In this document: positions 1 to 12,849 of the stretch, one piece after another
Layout of the letters: the number at the start of each line of letters is the position of its first letter
Position numbering within the stretch: the stretch's first letter is position 1
Source of the DNA: Raillietiella orientalis
Lineage: Eukaryota
Length of the DNA: 64,000 nt
Assembly: GCA_036172245.1 (NCBI GenBank)
Contig: JAYWIR010000061.1
Coordinates: forward strand, 496,001 to 560,000
Direction of reading: 5' to 3'
The notes under the pieces: generated by a model
Told to the model about the DNA's origin: nothing
Database searches by the model: none
Seen by the model: the letters and a program-made list of their open reading frames with translations, nothing else
Made by a program: the position numbers and the translations under genes

Positions 1-559
1 TGGGGAGGATCAGGTGGAGTCAAAAACGAAAGGATGGGGCGGTGTGGAAATCGCAGGACATGAAGGTCCTAAAGAAACCGACTGTCGGAAACACCAGCTG
101 CTAACAACCGGAACAAGAATGCTTTATGACACCCGAGGTGAGCACTTCCTGACACAGGGTGGGATGTACACAATTTCTAGCACTGGAAACTCTACTTTTA
201 GGGTACCAAACTACAACGTGAAACGCGGCGTTCTCTTTCATTCAAGTGAAGCAAGATTTGACGATAAGAGAAAGAAAGTGTATGGAACCCTGAAAGGAAA
301 CTCTTGCACTGTTTGAACTGACGTCTTCTACTCGAGAGGTCTTCATTGCTTTCCTGTTTGTTCGGGCTTCAGCTCTCCGGCCGGCTGGCTTGATCATCAA
401 GCTCTGGCTCTGCTGCACATCAGCAAAGAAACGAAATCCTACAGTGCCAGCATCCTTTGGAGTTGAAAACAGAAAGAAGAGGATGTTTGCTGTCTGAGAG
501 AAGCGAAACTGGCAGTGAGATTGGAACAGGACCAACTGCTCTCGACCGATCTTGAGGGA

Positions 560-1140
560 TCTTAGCGAGCAGGAAAAGCAGAAAAATCGAAAGGTGGGAG
601 AAAGGAATGAAACTGGGAAGCAACTGAAAGGAAGAGTGGAACTCACAAATCTGGCCGTTTCTTGTTCGCAACTCGGCCAGACAGCACTGCCAACACTCAA
701 CTTCTGCTCTTGCATTCTTGTTGGTCCAGCATATAATAAAAGCATCCATCGAAGTCGGCGCTCCCAGTTGTACAGGAGATCTTGAACACAGAGAGATTCT
801 GCGACGATGCAAAAGGGCCAGATGCCCAAACACGTGGAATCGCGCAGCCTGTCTAGGCAATGATGTGCATCTTTCTTGAGTTTCGGGAAACAGCTGCTTC
901 GAAAACAATTCCTCCACACCCAAGAACTTCAGGAAAGCTGCAAGTCTCGGAGAATCGGCAGATGAATGATCTTTTGCCTCATTCTCCCTTCTCGTTTCCC
1001 GCTGGTTCAGGGTGAGTGGAGAAATGAACCAGGAAGTATAAGAGTACCAAAGAATAAGAGCCGGAAAAACAGCTCTTGATCATCAGCAAGAACACTTCTA
1101 CAAGAATTTCTGCTTTCATGGGGAAAAGTAGCCACCTTGT
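560..1140 (-). pseudogene. Degenerate BTB-BACK (kelch-like family) gene relic
   Basis: Motifs across frames: BTB-like 'KSCFSGSYSLVLLYFLVHF', then 'HCLDRLRDSTCLGIWPF..AESLCVQDLL' (cf. BACK start L..xNCLGI..FA....xL), then 'VGSAVWPSCEQETARF..LPFSCFPVSFLSPTF'. Frameshifted. Confidence 0.5.
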
Positions 1141-1429
1141 GCCGTGGTGACCTTGTCCCGAATGCCGCGGGCCGTGCGAGCGCGGTCCCGGAATTTCGAG
1201 CCGCAGCCCGTCGCCTCCGATCGGCAACCCCGCGAGCTTCAAGAGTTGGGTGCGCACTTCGGCTTGCATGAGCAGATCAAAGGCACGACTTCTTCTTCAG
1301 CATCTTCCTGCACTGCACTTCGGACGGACGCATAAAACATCTAAATGCACCCAAAAGACCCAGTGAAACCAGAGAGACCTTCACGGAGCAGAATGGATTT
1401 TTGTTGAATGCATGCGAGTCGCGCTGCCT

Positions 1430-2050
1430 CTGCAACCACCCCTGAGGAACCTGCTGTCGGTATCGGAACTCAGGCGATTCCATGAGAAAAAGCTGACCAT
1501 CGTCAACAAGAAAGGCCAGATATCGTCCGGACAGAGCGGAGCAGCGAATGCGAAGCAATTCGTGAACTGCTTGGTCCTCTCTCTTGGAACGCTGGTTTGG
1601 ACTTCACCTGAGGCACGGCAGTGCAGCTTGAATCGCTTCTCTTCTCCTGGCACTTGAACCGAGACACGGCACTCGGTCGACTACTCCACCGCCACCTGGA
1701 ACGTGGTCCGAGAAGAAATGGGATTGGGGATTCCACCACCCAGGAGCAGGTGATTTCTTCGAACCAGGTGCTTTTCCCGAAACTACTGCTTTGCTCTTCC
1801 TTGGCCTGCTCTACCACATGTGGCGCCAGCAGCACGCAAGGTGATCGATATCGATGTGTAGAAGATACCCAAACAGCGTTCGGACCTTCTCGGGGAGGCT
1901 CCTGATGAATGAGAGCTTCCATCGGAATTTACAAACAAGGACGTCACAAAGCTCCAAAGTTCGCAGAGGGCGCTCGTCTAAAACGTTCGACCAGCACGAA
2001 CCACAGCCAGCAAATGCCGGAGCCGCCATCCTTGTCAGCGTTACCAACCA
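1430..2050 (-). pseudogene. Degenerate BTB-BACK gene relic
   Basis: 'LDERPLRTLELCDVLVCKFRWKLSF..KVRTLFGYLLHIDIDHLACCW' (BTB C-half), then 'PGEEKRF...RERTKQF' and 'LRIRCSALSGRYLAFLVDDGQLFLMESPEF' (BACK end, cf. IRFPLLSxxYL..V..xxLI..SPEC). Confidence 0.5.
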
Positions 2051-2209
2051 CTACCCCTAAGCATCTTCTTCTTCGCTCCTTTTGGTTTCCAATCAGTTTG
2101 CATCCCGGAAGTGACCACTTCCCGAAGGGTTTATAGGAACCCATCTATCTACTGCCTGCAGCTTGTAATTTTAAAAAATTCTCTCTGTTGGCCTACTTTT
2201 TTTTTTCTT

Positions 2210-4200
2210 ACTCCAAGGAACTCGAAGCCGATCTTGAAGACCTCAGAAAGGAGGAATGCCTCTTCGGGAAAAGATGCTTCGAGCAAAGCAGTTCAGAGAC
2301 ATCACCATCATTCGCGACGTGAGCTGGTGCAGTGTTTCTGTTTACTGAGAAGAGGTGGACAGATACACTGCACCAGCTCAGGTCGCGAATGTGCGTGGGC
2401 TGCTCATGCCTTCCCGTTCTTTCAGCGGACACTCATGAGTAGCTCAAGGTCAGCTTTAGTCGTGCCGTGACCGTGGCCGCCGATGCCTCATTCGGATGCG
2501 GCGCGGGCCATGCGATTTCCCCCTGCTCGTCCCTCGCCGAAGCTACGCCACAGGTGCCGGACCACGGCGTGCAAAGCGCAGGCCAGCGTGGATGTAGCGG
2601 AAAGGAAACGCTTCGGAACGTCTGTTCGGGGACCTCGGAAAAAGCGCGAACCGGCAGAATCCATGCTGCCCCGTGGAAAACGGGAGCGATTATTAGGGCG
2701 TCCCAGTCATTCGAAAGACAGAAGACTTTCCAAAGGCAACCGCGGAACCTCCCGTAAGGAGGAAAGCTCTCTCTCCAGCACGCTCCATCAGGATGAAAAA
2801 TGGCGCCGGCCCATCGTACACGTCGATACAAATCACCGCCGCTCGCTCGGCCGTGATGGGATTAACAGGCGGCCTTTTCTGTTTTGATTTTCTAATGATT
2901 CCAACTGATTTGTGCAGACAGCACAAACCGAAAGGAAGGAAGGAGGGAGGGAGGGAGAGAAGAAAAAGAGGAAGAATTGGTTGTTCCTTTTTGCTATCGG
3001 CCAAATAAATAAAGCAAACAGAGCGCGGCGGCGGGCGTAAGACCCAAAGTCTCGTTTGGTGGCGCGGCGGCGGTGGTGCGCGCCCGACGAGGCAGAGATG
3101 CGCTGCCCGTCGCCGCCTTCGTGAAGAACCTCCAGAACGTGACTCCATCTTTCCACGTAGGAAAGATGAATTTGGGGGAAGAAGAAGAAGAAGAAGAAAA
3201 AAAAAACCTGAATTCGAAATGAGCTGCTCGCAATTGGCAGGGAAATTATCGCCGGCCGGATGAGCGCTCTCGTACGAAAGCTTTCGAGAACGTTCTTCCA
3301 GCTTGCAGGTTTTTTGAAATCTCGTCGTAAACAACAAGGTTTGGAATTTCAATGGGGAACAGCGAAGATGGGAACCTGGCGAACGACGGGAGAGCGCACT
3401 CCCGAGATTAATTAAACGACCCTGAAGGATTCCCTGGGAAGTGTCCCCGCCATTAGCAACAGACCGAGGAGTCAGGAAACGATCGTGAACCCCCCCCCCC
3501 AAAAGGAAAAGACCATGCCAGCATCCGCCGAACCTGCAAAGGAGAGTCGGGGCACAAAAAGAAAAGCAATTGCGCTAAAGATGCTTCAGGAAAATGGGGT
3601 AAGGTCCCCTGGAGCAGACCAGCCGTTTCGAAGATCTCCTTCACGCAAGCTGGACCATCCAAAACCGATACCCTAAGGTGTGCAGTAAAGCACCAACCCC
3701 TTTTTTCGTCGCCAGGTCAGGTTCGAGGTGCGCCCGTATTTTCAGGTTGCATTTCGGGGGAAGGGGGTCACGAGGACCGCGCAACCCAGATCCGATGGAA
3801 GTTGTCCAGTCTTAGGCTGCTCACCCTGCACATGAAACATCGATCCAAAGTTGGGAACTTTCCAAAAAAATTTGACGCCACCCGGAAAAGCCCTCAGCAA
3901 AAATCTAGAAAAAAAAAAAAAGCCCATCTATATGCAATGGTACCCTATTGGAAACAGTGGGCGGGAGTAAGAGGATGCGGCAACGTCACGTGTCGAGGGA
4001 CCATAGGGTTCCTCTTCTTCGAGGTAGAGGTAGCTCTCGGAGGCACCACGATCGCCTGACGGCAGTAGGACGCTGAGAATTTACTGGCAACCTGTGAGGT
4101 GGAGGGTTGCCCACAGATGCCCTGAGGAGCTCCTGAGAGACGCGCGTGCAGCAGTTGGGTTACCGAGGGCACTTTGTGCCCTTCGGAACCTAGCAGTCCT
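2210..4200 (-). mobile_element. BEL/Pao LTR retrotransposon pol relic (RNase H to integrase), copy 1
   Basis: Motifs in the expected order: 'QLLHARLSGAPQGICG...KKRNPMVPRHVTLPHP' (cf. LHxFxDAS/KxRVAPxKxxTIPRL), 'MDGPACVKE' (WxxGP), 'RKLSYESAHP', 'RLWVLRPPPRSV', 'CIDVYDGPAPFFI' (GVDYxGPF), 'FSVNRNTAPAH' (FxPPxAPH). Heavily degenerate. Confidence 0.55.
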
Positions 4201-4639
4201 GGACGAAAGCGCGGCAGAGGAAAGAGTTGCGAGCTCCCAAAGAGGAGGAGGAAGAGGAAGGGGGGAACGGGGAAAAAACAGTAGGAAAAGCAAGACGAGC
4301 TGTGGCTCTTCGCAGATCAACGAGAGGAAGCCAATTTCGCAAACTGAATGGTGTGGAGGAGCTTAAGAGTCAATGGCACATTTATGAAATTCGGGTGTCC
4401 GTGTTGACCGAGTCGTTTGGGAGTGGTGGGGAGGCTGTGTGACCAGCTTTTCGAGCTGCCAACGGGCACGAGGGCTGCAGATAGGAAACGATGGTGCTCT
4501 TGCACGGGCACATCGGAGCGCTTCACTCGAAGATTCAGCGCGACTTTCCAGGGTCGCGTTGAATCTCCGAGCCAGTGGAAGGAATCAACTGATTTTTCCG
4601 AGCCGTCCAATCAGCAACATTAGAGTCACGATGACCCGC

Positions 4640-5450
4640 GAGCATGCAAGCAAAAGAACCTACGCGAAACGTGCGGGTCTGTCGTCTCCTGGAGAACTCC
4701 GAAGGGATGTTTCGTGGTTTTCTCTGAAGGGAGCTCCTGTAACACTCTGAAGGGGCAACATCCCGGGCAAGGCATCAACCAGCTCCGCGGTACGTGATGG
4801 TATGGCTCCATTTTCCCAACCGGAGGGGGAATTCGAAGGGCCCCCGAGGGTCGACTTCCACTCCCGGTCAATCAACGGGGGACATCCGGGTCTTCCGGCT
4901 TCCACCAGCTCCACACCCAGAATCAACCGAAGCTAACCAGTGTCATCTTGCGGGAAAGACTCGGAAACCCACGAAGCACCCCACCGTTATTGGCGTCGAC
5001 CCTGCCACCCGGGTGGGATTCGAACCCGCAACGCTTGATACCACTCGCGGAAGAGGACCACGGCCTCTATTTCCCGTATGCTACGGAGAGGATGTCCCCG
5101 AAAACTCTGCTGAGGACTTTGGAGCGGAGATCCTTCGCGATCGGATCCTCTACCTCCCCATTCCTCACGAATTCAACCGAAGTTAGCGGAACGGGAAGAG
5201 CTAGAGGGATGCTGAGCACGGATGCCCTGACGCATGCATCCGTCCGAATCTCGTGCTTCTCTTCTCCCACTGCCTGCTGGCAAGCTCCAGAGGTCGCGGT
5301 AGTTTGCTAAAGGTGAGGGAGGGCTCATCCAGGGAGGACCTGAGAGTCCCAAGACGAGAACAGGAAACGAAAAGTAGCTTGGACAGACTTCATCGCACGG
5401 TGTTTCCCCCGTCTGGGACCATCTGGAAGAAAAGTAGGCTTCCTTCTCCA
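4640..5450 (-). mobile_element. RNase H-bearing non-LTR retrotransposon fragment (family B; R1/LOA/I-like)
   Basis: 'DREWKSTLG' and 'SRTAELVDALPG' match 'NREWKRTFW' and 'SRTMELVDALRG' in the copy at 58750-60425. Shares ggattcgaacccgc with the copy at 30190. No 3' tail seen. Confidence 0.55.
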
Positions 5451-6349
5451 AATCCCCTTTTGTCTTTGTTTCTTGTTTTTTTTTCTTTTCATTTGCATGC
5501 GTTACCAGGGAGAAATCCCGAAATTTCCCTTTGTCCGGAGCATCCCGAAACCACTTGCTCCACTTCGGTGGGAGCACTCAAACACGTGATTTTTTTTCAA
5601 AGCAAAAGAGGTTCGTGCGCAAACACCCGGCCTCCCAGCTCGGGGAAGCGGCTCGGGGCCGGGTGTGGCTCGAGCTGCGCTGCTCCGGGAATGGAAACGG
5701 GAAATCGCGCGTTACTCGAGACGCATCCCTACTATCCCATCGTGTGCGACGCAGAGCACAAGCTCCCGCCTACGGAGGGAATCAATCGCCCCGAATCAGC
5801 CCCGGCTCCCTTTAAAACTTTTCAATTTTGCCAGGAAGTTTCCCGACTCATTGATGCGCGCGCTCTCTCCGCCCCCGACCACGGGACGAATCCGAAAATA
5901 ACCGAAAAGGGTTGCCATCGATTTTTTTTTAGGAAGGGAGGGGGGAGTCTTCACCCCAGCTTTCCCTGAAATTTTTTTCGCCGGCCGATTCCGATCCGTA
6001 ATGCATCCATCTGCATCGACGACGGGTTCCCACGGATCAACTGCTTCCCCCCCCCCCGCGTCAAAACGTTTAAAATTTCGCGATCCGTAAGGAGGGAAGT
6101 GGCTGTGAGAAACGTCGTCATCGACCAGATTGTGAGCATCGCAGGGGCCGCGCCCGCTGCCGCCGGAGCTGCTTCTGCAGCCACGTTGCCTCGGAGCGTG
6201 ATCCTTTGTTCGAGCGCGCGACGAGGTCCCGGTCCCTCCGGTGCGTTCCCGTCGGCAGCCAGCAAAGTTCCCCCCCCTTTCGGAGGTGAGCGCGTGATAA
6301 GTTCTCCTCCGTGGTTCCGTCCTTTCTTTCTTCTGAGGGGGGCCGGAGG

Positions 6350-6670
6350 GGCGGGGGATTGATTTCTTTTCCGCCAAGAGTTGCTGGTTATCTGAAGAGA
6401 CTTTTTCGATCTTGAGCGCGGTAACGAGATCTCATCGAGTGACTTCGCGCAAGAAAACTTTCGTTCGGGTGCGTCGCTGAAATTTTTCTGTTCCTCCATG
6501 ATATCGCCGCAGATGTCCTCGGGAAGCAGCAAGAATCACTTCTTCATCTGTCAGTGACTTCCAGCTCTTCTGAGGCACACATCTTAGATTCTACCAAGAT
6601 GCATTTTGTCTGCCATGATGAACTGTCCAACTAACTCCCAGACAATCGTCTCCTCTGGAAGCCGGGAACA
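6350..6670 (-). pseudogene. BACK-domain relic
   Basis: 'FLLLPEDICGDIMEEQKNFSDAPERKF' resembles BACK FLxLxxxxLxxILxxDxL..xExxVF; in-frame stops lie upstream. Confidence 0.35.
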
Positions 6671-8059
6671 GAAAGTTTTTTTGTTTTTGTTTTTTTAATG
6701 TCTGTCCATTTCTTTTAAATAGCTCGCGCAACTGGGAGGGGGGGGTCTCTCTGCCTCGAGGAAGTGCTGCAAAGAGTCTCCCGCCTGCTCAGGAAGCTGC
6801 TTCGAGGCTCGCTTTCCTTGCCTTCTAAGTAGTTTCACCATCCGCCCTTAGATGGCACCCACGCGTCGGAAACCGCACGACGAGCGCTGGCGATTTCCGG
6901 CTGGTGATCCGACCGGTAAATTGGTAAGAGCGTTTTCCCTCGGAGGGACTCCGGACGGTCTCTTCAGGCTACATGTGATGTTCGTGTTGGCATTGCGCTG
7001 ATTAAAGTAACGTGTCTCCCTAACAACAGCGTGAACAGTCAGGAACATCTGACGCCTGATTTACACAAGCTTGCTTACGTGACGAAGAACCGACCGTGGG
7101 TTTCCATGAAAACACTCGCTGATGAGGGATCGATTGGTCTTCGCCCCTGTTCAGCAGGCGAGCTGGGACGATTTTTGTTTATGTAGTTGCTTTTTTTTCT
7201 GTTTTTCTGTTTTTTTGTTTTATCTCCGTAAGAAGATGGACGAGTTGTTAGAATGTAAAATGGTATGAGAAGATCGGCCATCTCCGAGAGAGGGAGGTAA
7301 AGTGCGAGAGCCCAATCAAGAACACGGAACCGTGCTCCAGTGGCATGTAGGGCGCATATGCGAGGAGCGATTTGTAGCTCCAGAGACAGATTTGAATGGA
7401 TGAATGCGACGCGGGAGCAGCCACCATTACGTTCACCTGCGTGATGGCAAGTCTGCGAGGCACCACTTATTCAGCTTGTCCATAAAGGAGGTAAAGCGTC
7501 CAGGATGCAAAGGAGAAGGAGGACGAGAAGACAAACTCAGCGTTTTCACGCGAGAACCCCGGAGGAACGGGGGATCCGCTGATCGCGTGCCCAAGAAAAA
7601 GGGGAACTTCCTGCAGAAGAGGAAACTCGCGACGAAGCGGACAAGGAGCCGAGTTCGGCTGGCGACCCACCCCCACCTCCGCTCTCTGGGTATCTTTCCC
7701 GCCGTGGGGTCCCAGACCAGACTGCGACGGCGGCCGAGAGAGATCCGCGGAAGCCACGCCGCTTCCACCACCCCGCCCCTGGGACGTCCTGCCGCCGACT
7801 GAAAGGAGTGGCCGGGCAGCGGCGCTTGCCCTGAGAACGCGCTGGAAGGTGAAGGCAGCCGGGGCAGTGCGGAGTCAGGAGCAGCTGTGAGCGCAGCCCG
7901 GAAGTCATGAATGTGACGTCAGCCGAACCAACCTGTGGCTCCAATCCTATCGGCCCCACGACTCCCGGAGAGTCCCGTTCTACCCTTCCCTCGTCACTCC
8001 TTTCCCTCCCTCTTCCTCCTCTTCCGATAAGGTAGCATAGAGACCTGGAAAAGGGCGCG

Positions 8060-8100
8060 GATTCTTCGGATATTCTTCGGATATCGATATTCTTCGGATC
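8060..8100. repeat. Short tandem repeat, about 3 copies of (T)ATTCTTCGGA
   Basis: gattcttcggatattcttcggatatcgatattcttcggatc read directly. Confidence 0.8.
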
Positions 8101-8929
8101 CCCTTTCTGCAGCTTCCTGGGACCCGGAGTCTCGAGGTCCGGATGCCTCGAGCGCCCCCTGACTGGAGATCAGTCGGCAGAGCCGGGTGGGGCTTCGAGC
8201 GGCATTCCGGTTGCGGGAGGGAGTAGGTCGAGAGGCTCAGCGGGTGGCACTAGCGAAACTGCGGCTATGGGTGGACGGACCTTGGAGTCTCTCCATTTCG
8301 GTGAGCCCATAGGAGAGGATGGCCTCAGTTCCGCAGGCAGCGCGGCGGCCCTCGAACTGGAAGGCGCTTTTCTGGGATCGCGGGGGGGAAGGAGAGGGCC
8401 AGCAGCCGAAGGAGTCAGTTCTAGATGGGGAGAAAGGAAGGTCGGGGCGCGCTTCCGGGAGTAGGCTGCCTCCTAGCAACGCGTCGTCGTCTTAATGCCG
8501 GACTGCTACGCCCGTAGAGGGGGCATTTGCTCGAGGAGGCCGTATCGTAGGAAACCACCGTCGTCCTCCGATGGCCTCGACTGGGGGAGAGGGGAGTCAA
8601 GCGTTTCTCCCGCACACGCGTCTACATGAACACCCAGGAACCGGTTGTCACGGTGCCAGGCGAACAGACAGCGAGGAGGCAAGCGGCTCCGCAGAGTTCG
8701 AATCCGTCCGGAGAGAATCGCCAGCAGGCGCGGGGCGCATTGAGAGGTGCCCTCGGTCTGTTCAGTTTCCCAGCATCCCATCCTCTGGAGCAGCCTCGAA
8801 CTTCCACCTCCCCCTTCCTCCCTCCAGCCCCACCGTCCGAGAGCGCAGCCGACGCTTCTCGCTCGTGCAAGGCTGATTCGGGAGCGGCGGGGGCGGAGAG
8901 CGATCGATCGAGCGGGCGCAGCTCGAGGC

Positions 8930-10930
8930 CGCCGCTCGGGGGCTCTTGGGGAAGGGGAAGGAGGGATAACTTTCGCTCTCCACCTCTCCACGCAAAGGGG
9001 AGAGGGGGAGAGCGCGTGAATTCCGGAGGCTCCCCAACGCCCACCAGTGGCATTTCTCCCCCTTCCCTCCGCGGCGCAGACCGCGGAAAGGACCGTCATC
9101 CCGCGGAGGACGTGCGATGCTCCCCTCATCTTCCGGCCTACGCGTAATGCGTCGAGCGCTTGATACTGAAATTCTCGCGCGATCCTCGGCAGGTCCCCTT
9201 CGGATCTGGAAGTGAAGGGGGGGAAGAGGGGAAGGTAGGGGAAAGCCCTGCCTTCGGAACAGTTGCCGCCTTCATCCTTGGGATGCTGGTGGGGGAGGGA
9301 GGGGAACACTCCCCCCTCCGTCGCACATTATCTGTATCAACAAAGCTGGGATGCTGTTGATCCAAAAACTCGGCTTCCAGCTCCGCTCCGAATGGGATTA
9401 CCGAATCCTCTGGGTACGACGCTGCTCCTCCTTTCCCTGGACCGTTTTCCTCTGAGGGTGTTTATCTTTCCTCAAAGCACACCGGGTGGCCTCCGCCTAG
9501 CAGCTTTCCCAGGTGCCCCAAACTGGCCGCATGTTCTTCCTCCTCCTCCTTCGGCAGGGAAGCGCGCCGCCCTCCTGTCCCTCGTCTCCGGGATTCGTCC
9601 GTGCCGGCGCGCGGATCCGGCTGCACACGGCTCGCGCTCTTCCCGAGAAAGAACTGCAAGCGGGACGCATCCGCGAGAGGTCTCTCTTTCCCTCCGGGGC
9701 CACCGGCATCCACTCGGGGAACCTCCCCATCCCCGGTCTCCCCCACCCCTTCCCCTCGCTCCGTCCCGCACGGTGCTCGGCGAGCCAGCAGGGAGGGCAG
9801 CAGCGGGAGGTTTGCGCGCCTTTCTGGAGCCCCCCCCCCCCCCTCTCCGAAGGAGGGCCTCGACTCGCTTGCGCACACCGGAGTTGTCCGGAGGCGAGGT
9901 CGCTGGAATTGGAAGCGCGCCACCGCAAAGGGGAAAAATCTCGCACCTGACCACACCACGCGGCTCGTGAAGTACAAGAAAGGTTCGGCCGCAGGACCCA
10001 CGGACTGCCGGGTTTGCACGGCGTTGCTGCGCGCAGATCGCCTGGAACTTTCCCTCGCGTCCCTTTTTTTCTGCTTGAAGAAGGTACAAGCGAGATGACC
10101 GGCGTGACTTTGTTTTTCGCTGTTCCCGTCCGGTTCCACCACCCACGCCATTTCGGTGAGCATCCCGTGCGGCTGATCAGAGTGTTCCCAAGGACTCTTT
10201 GGGGGGAAGCGAAAAGTGGCGACCAGGAAGTGATCACCACCAAAACGCTCGGATCATAAGAAAATCTTTCAGCTTCCAGAGCCTTCTCTTCGGAAAGAAG
10301 GAAAAGACAGAAGAGAACCAGAAAGCAAAGGTCTTCCGCCGTTGCTTCCCGCGCCTGCATTGTTTTTGCTCATGGATGGCTCTAATGGACTTTGGATAAG
10401 AGAGAGATTAGGATGACGAGTGGTTTCCAGAAAGGGTTGGAGGGACGGAGTGCACCCTGAATTACGGCGCACTGGGCTGGAGGGGTTGGCGGGTCGTTTC
10501 GCGGCTCTTGGGACGGTGGGCGCAGGCCTCGCGCCAGAGTGCGGCTGCGTGCGGAACCGTACCGGCACGCAAGTGGGTCGGAGAGAAATCCCGCTCCGCA
10601 GAAAATTGGCGCGGTAAAAAGGTGGAAATCCCAAATTATCAGGTCCGCGTTCGAAACCGGGCTCTCACGCGGAGGCTCAGGGTAGCGGGAGCGAGTTCGG
10701 TGTCCATGGGAAACCGATGCCATTGGACACGGTTCCATTCCCGTTCGGACCATTCCTCTGGCAATCGGAAAGGCCCGGTTGCGCTCGACCTATCTGCTTG
10801 TATGCTGGGCTCCTGCGTCCCTCTCCTCCTCTTCCTCCCGGCAGTACGAAGCGCAGTTTTTCCCGATCGCGTGTTCCGACTCCACCCAAATGAGGACGCG
10901 GTTCTGCATACTTCATATCTGTTCACTTAT
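8930..10930 (-). mobile_element. BEL/Pao pol relic (RNase H to integrase to C-terminus), copy 2
   Basis: 'RTASSFGWSR', 'QWHRFPMDTELAPATLS' (QWxHVxxxxNPAD), 'ERFSYDPSVLVVI', 'EMAWVV...HLACTFFKQ', 'AEPFLYFTSRVVWSGARFFPF', 'REFQYQALDALRVGRKMRG..GMTVL'. Order matches Pao pol. Confidence 0.5.
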
Positions 10931-11139
10931 CCACATTCAGCTGCGGTTGCAAACTCCATTCGGAAGCAAAGTTCAAAGGAGTTCAAAGTTCAAAGCACCA
11001 GTGACTCTGGTGGATCGTGAAATGCAATCTTCCCCTGATACACTTACACAAGTACCAGTGCACTTAGATCAGGAGCTCTAAGGCCAAAAGAGTGGCGAGC
11101 AGCAGAACGCCCTTCAGTGCCGCACGGTGGAGCAGCTGT

Positions 11140-11760
11140 GGCTGCTGATCGCATCGTTCGCTCTTAGTCCAAAATCTCTCCCCTTTCAAGGATCCCCAAC
11201 GCCCACCAGTTCGGCTCCCTTGATGCCTGGTCCTGGACGGATGGAACGGCGCGATTCGATTCCTTCAGCGCGGATGAAGAGACTCATTTGAACGCTGATG
11301 CCTCCAGACGGGAAACGGTGCGTGAAATTCCGGGAAACGAGGGTGGAGAGCGAGTGATCACAGAAGCGATCGAAGGCATAAACGACTTTGCACCTTGCTG
11401 CGCTGGAAGCATCAGAAGGCTCTTTTCTCCCGGAGTCAAACGATCGGGCGTTCTAGGGCAACGCGGAGAAGCAGTAACATCCTCGCGATTTTTGAGACGG
11501 CTGCTTGCCTCATGGGAAACGTCAATCGACTGCAGCTACCCGGTGAGCCCATGGATCCTACGAATCCATTCACGTTGGCCTACGGACGGTCCACAGTCGG
11601 GTGAAGTGGCTAAAATGCGAGCGATCTCCCCTGATTTCAAACTGAGATTTCCAAAAGCATCGGAGGTGGTCGTGGAGAACAACGCACTGGAGCGGTCGCT
11701 GCTGCTCAAACTTGCTGTCGATGCGTTCCGTCTCCAAAAGACGAGTCGGCTGACATCGCC
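11140..11760 (+). pseudogene. Degenerate BTB-BACK gene relic
   Basis: 'ADRIV' (AHRIV) at ~11145, 'SSNILAIFETAACLMG...PMDPTNPFTLAY', 'FPKASEVVVENNALERSLLLKLAVD'. Frameshifted. Confidence 0.4.
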
Positions 11761-12849
11761 ATCAGCATGGCACGGACAACATGGTCATCGGTGCCGGAGA
11801 AGCGCTGGTGGATTTGGCTTCGTTATTGCAGAGGAACAGAGGATGCGAGTCCAAAAGAATGGAGGAATGAAGCACGCAAGGTGAGATTGGAAGGGACTTG
11901 GCACTTGACCCGCCGGTGAGGAAGACGGTCACCTCCAGACTGAGCTGTGTCCAACGCAAGGCAGAGGAAAAGCGAATACCCAAACGCCAGGCTTTGGGAA
12001 ATTTTCCGGTTCAACGACGGATGCCTTCGCTTCTCGGACTGAGAGACGTGCCCGTGTGGAGCCTGTGTGTACGAGGGAGGGCATCGTCCACCAGAAACGC
12101 TACTGATGGCCCGCGGGATTAATAGGTGAGAAAGAAGGGGAGAAACCTCCAGTCTGGAACCTCCGAAGCGAGGTAATAGTTGAGGGAAGGTGCGAAGACT
12201 TCCAGAACATCAACTTGACAAGCAGCAGGATAATCTACAGCAACAACAAGAATATTCCTAAAAGATCAACGAATATTTCAGGAGAAATTCAGCGAACAAC
12301 AAAGGAAAATGAAGATGCTGCTAAAAGAGTCGTCCCGAATTCTTAGGGAGAACAACAGCAACGGTAGCTAAAACGCGAGCTGGAATAGCAAAAGCAACGG
12401 AGAGAATGGATATCGGGGCAACCAGATCTCCGCTCCCTCGCGTTAGAGAAAAGCACAATCAGAAGAGAGAAGGTTCCTGCACAGAAGGCCACCAGTGGGG
12501 ATGCGCCAATGCGAACCGGACAAGATTCCTCGACTTTCAGTACAGGTTGGTTTGAGAAGAACGGACAGCGCAAATGAATTCTACACAAACCAGAAAGCAA
12601 AGCATCTCTCCGCCAACCATCGAAGCTGTCGCTTCTCGCACCTCACACATTCAGCGCTTGCGGCGGTGCGTTTAAAGATGCAGAGAGACATCATGCAGGG
12701 GTTACAGAAAACCTTTCCCTACACATGGCTGGGAATCAGTTTCTTTAATGAACTTGACGCTGCCTCCTTCAAAGGAATCTAAGCTTGCTTTCAGCATCCG
12801 TGCTGCTTAGTTGCCGCCCAAAGCGGGGAGACTATTCGAGACTCTGGAC

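Noticed and set aside
5016..5026. Perfect tRNA B-box (GGTTCGAATCC on the minus strand), also at 30190-30200
   Set aside because: No cloverleaf or A-box. It lies in the RNase H-coding part of the family B LINE (GFES, at the GNE position) and is altered in the homologous copy at ~49950.
7119..7150. CTGATGA hammerhead-like core
   Set aside because: No stem II followed by GAAA, so the ribozyme core cannot be completed.
8500..10400. Many overlapping long ORFs, also in 31-41 kb
   Set aside because: They are R/G/P/S-rich, open in several frames at once and explained by high GC content. The only recognisable motifs are retroelement relics.
12200..12420. Q/E-rich coiled-coil-like coding remnant
   Set aside because: It contains stops and no diagnostic motif. 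It could be a gag N-terminus, but I cannot support that.
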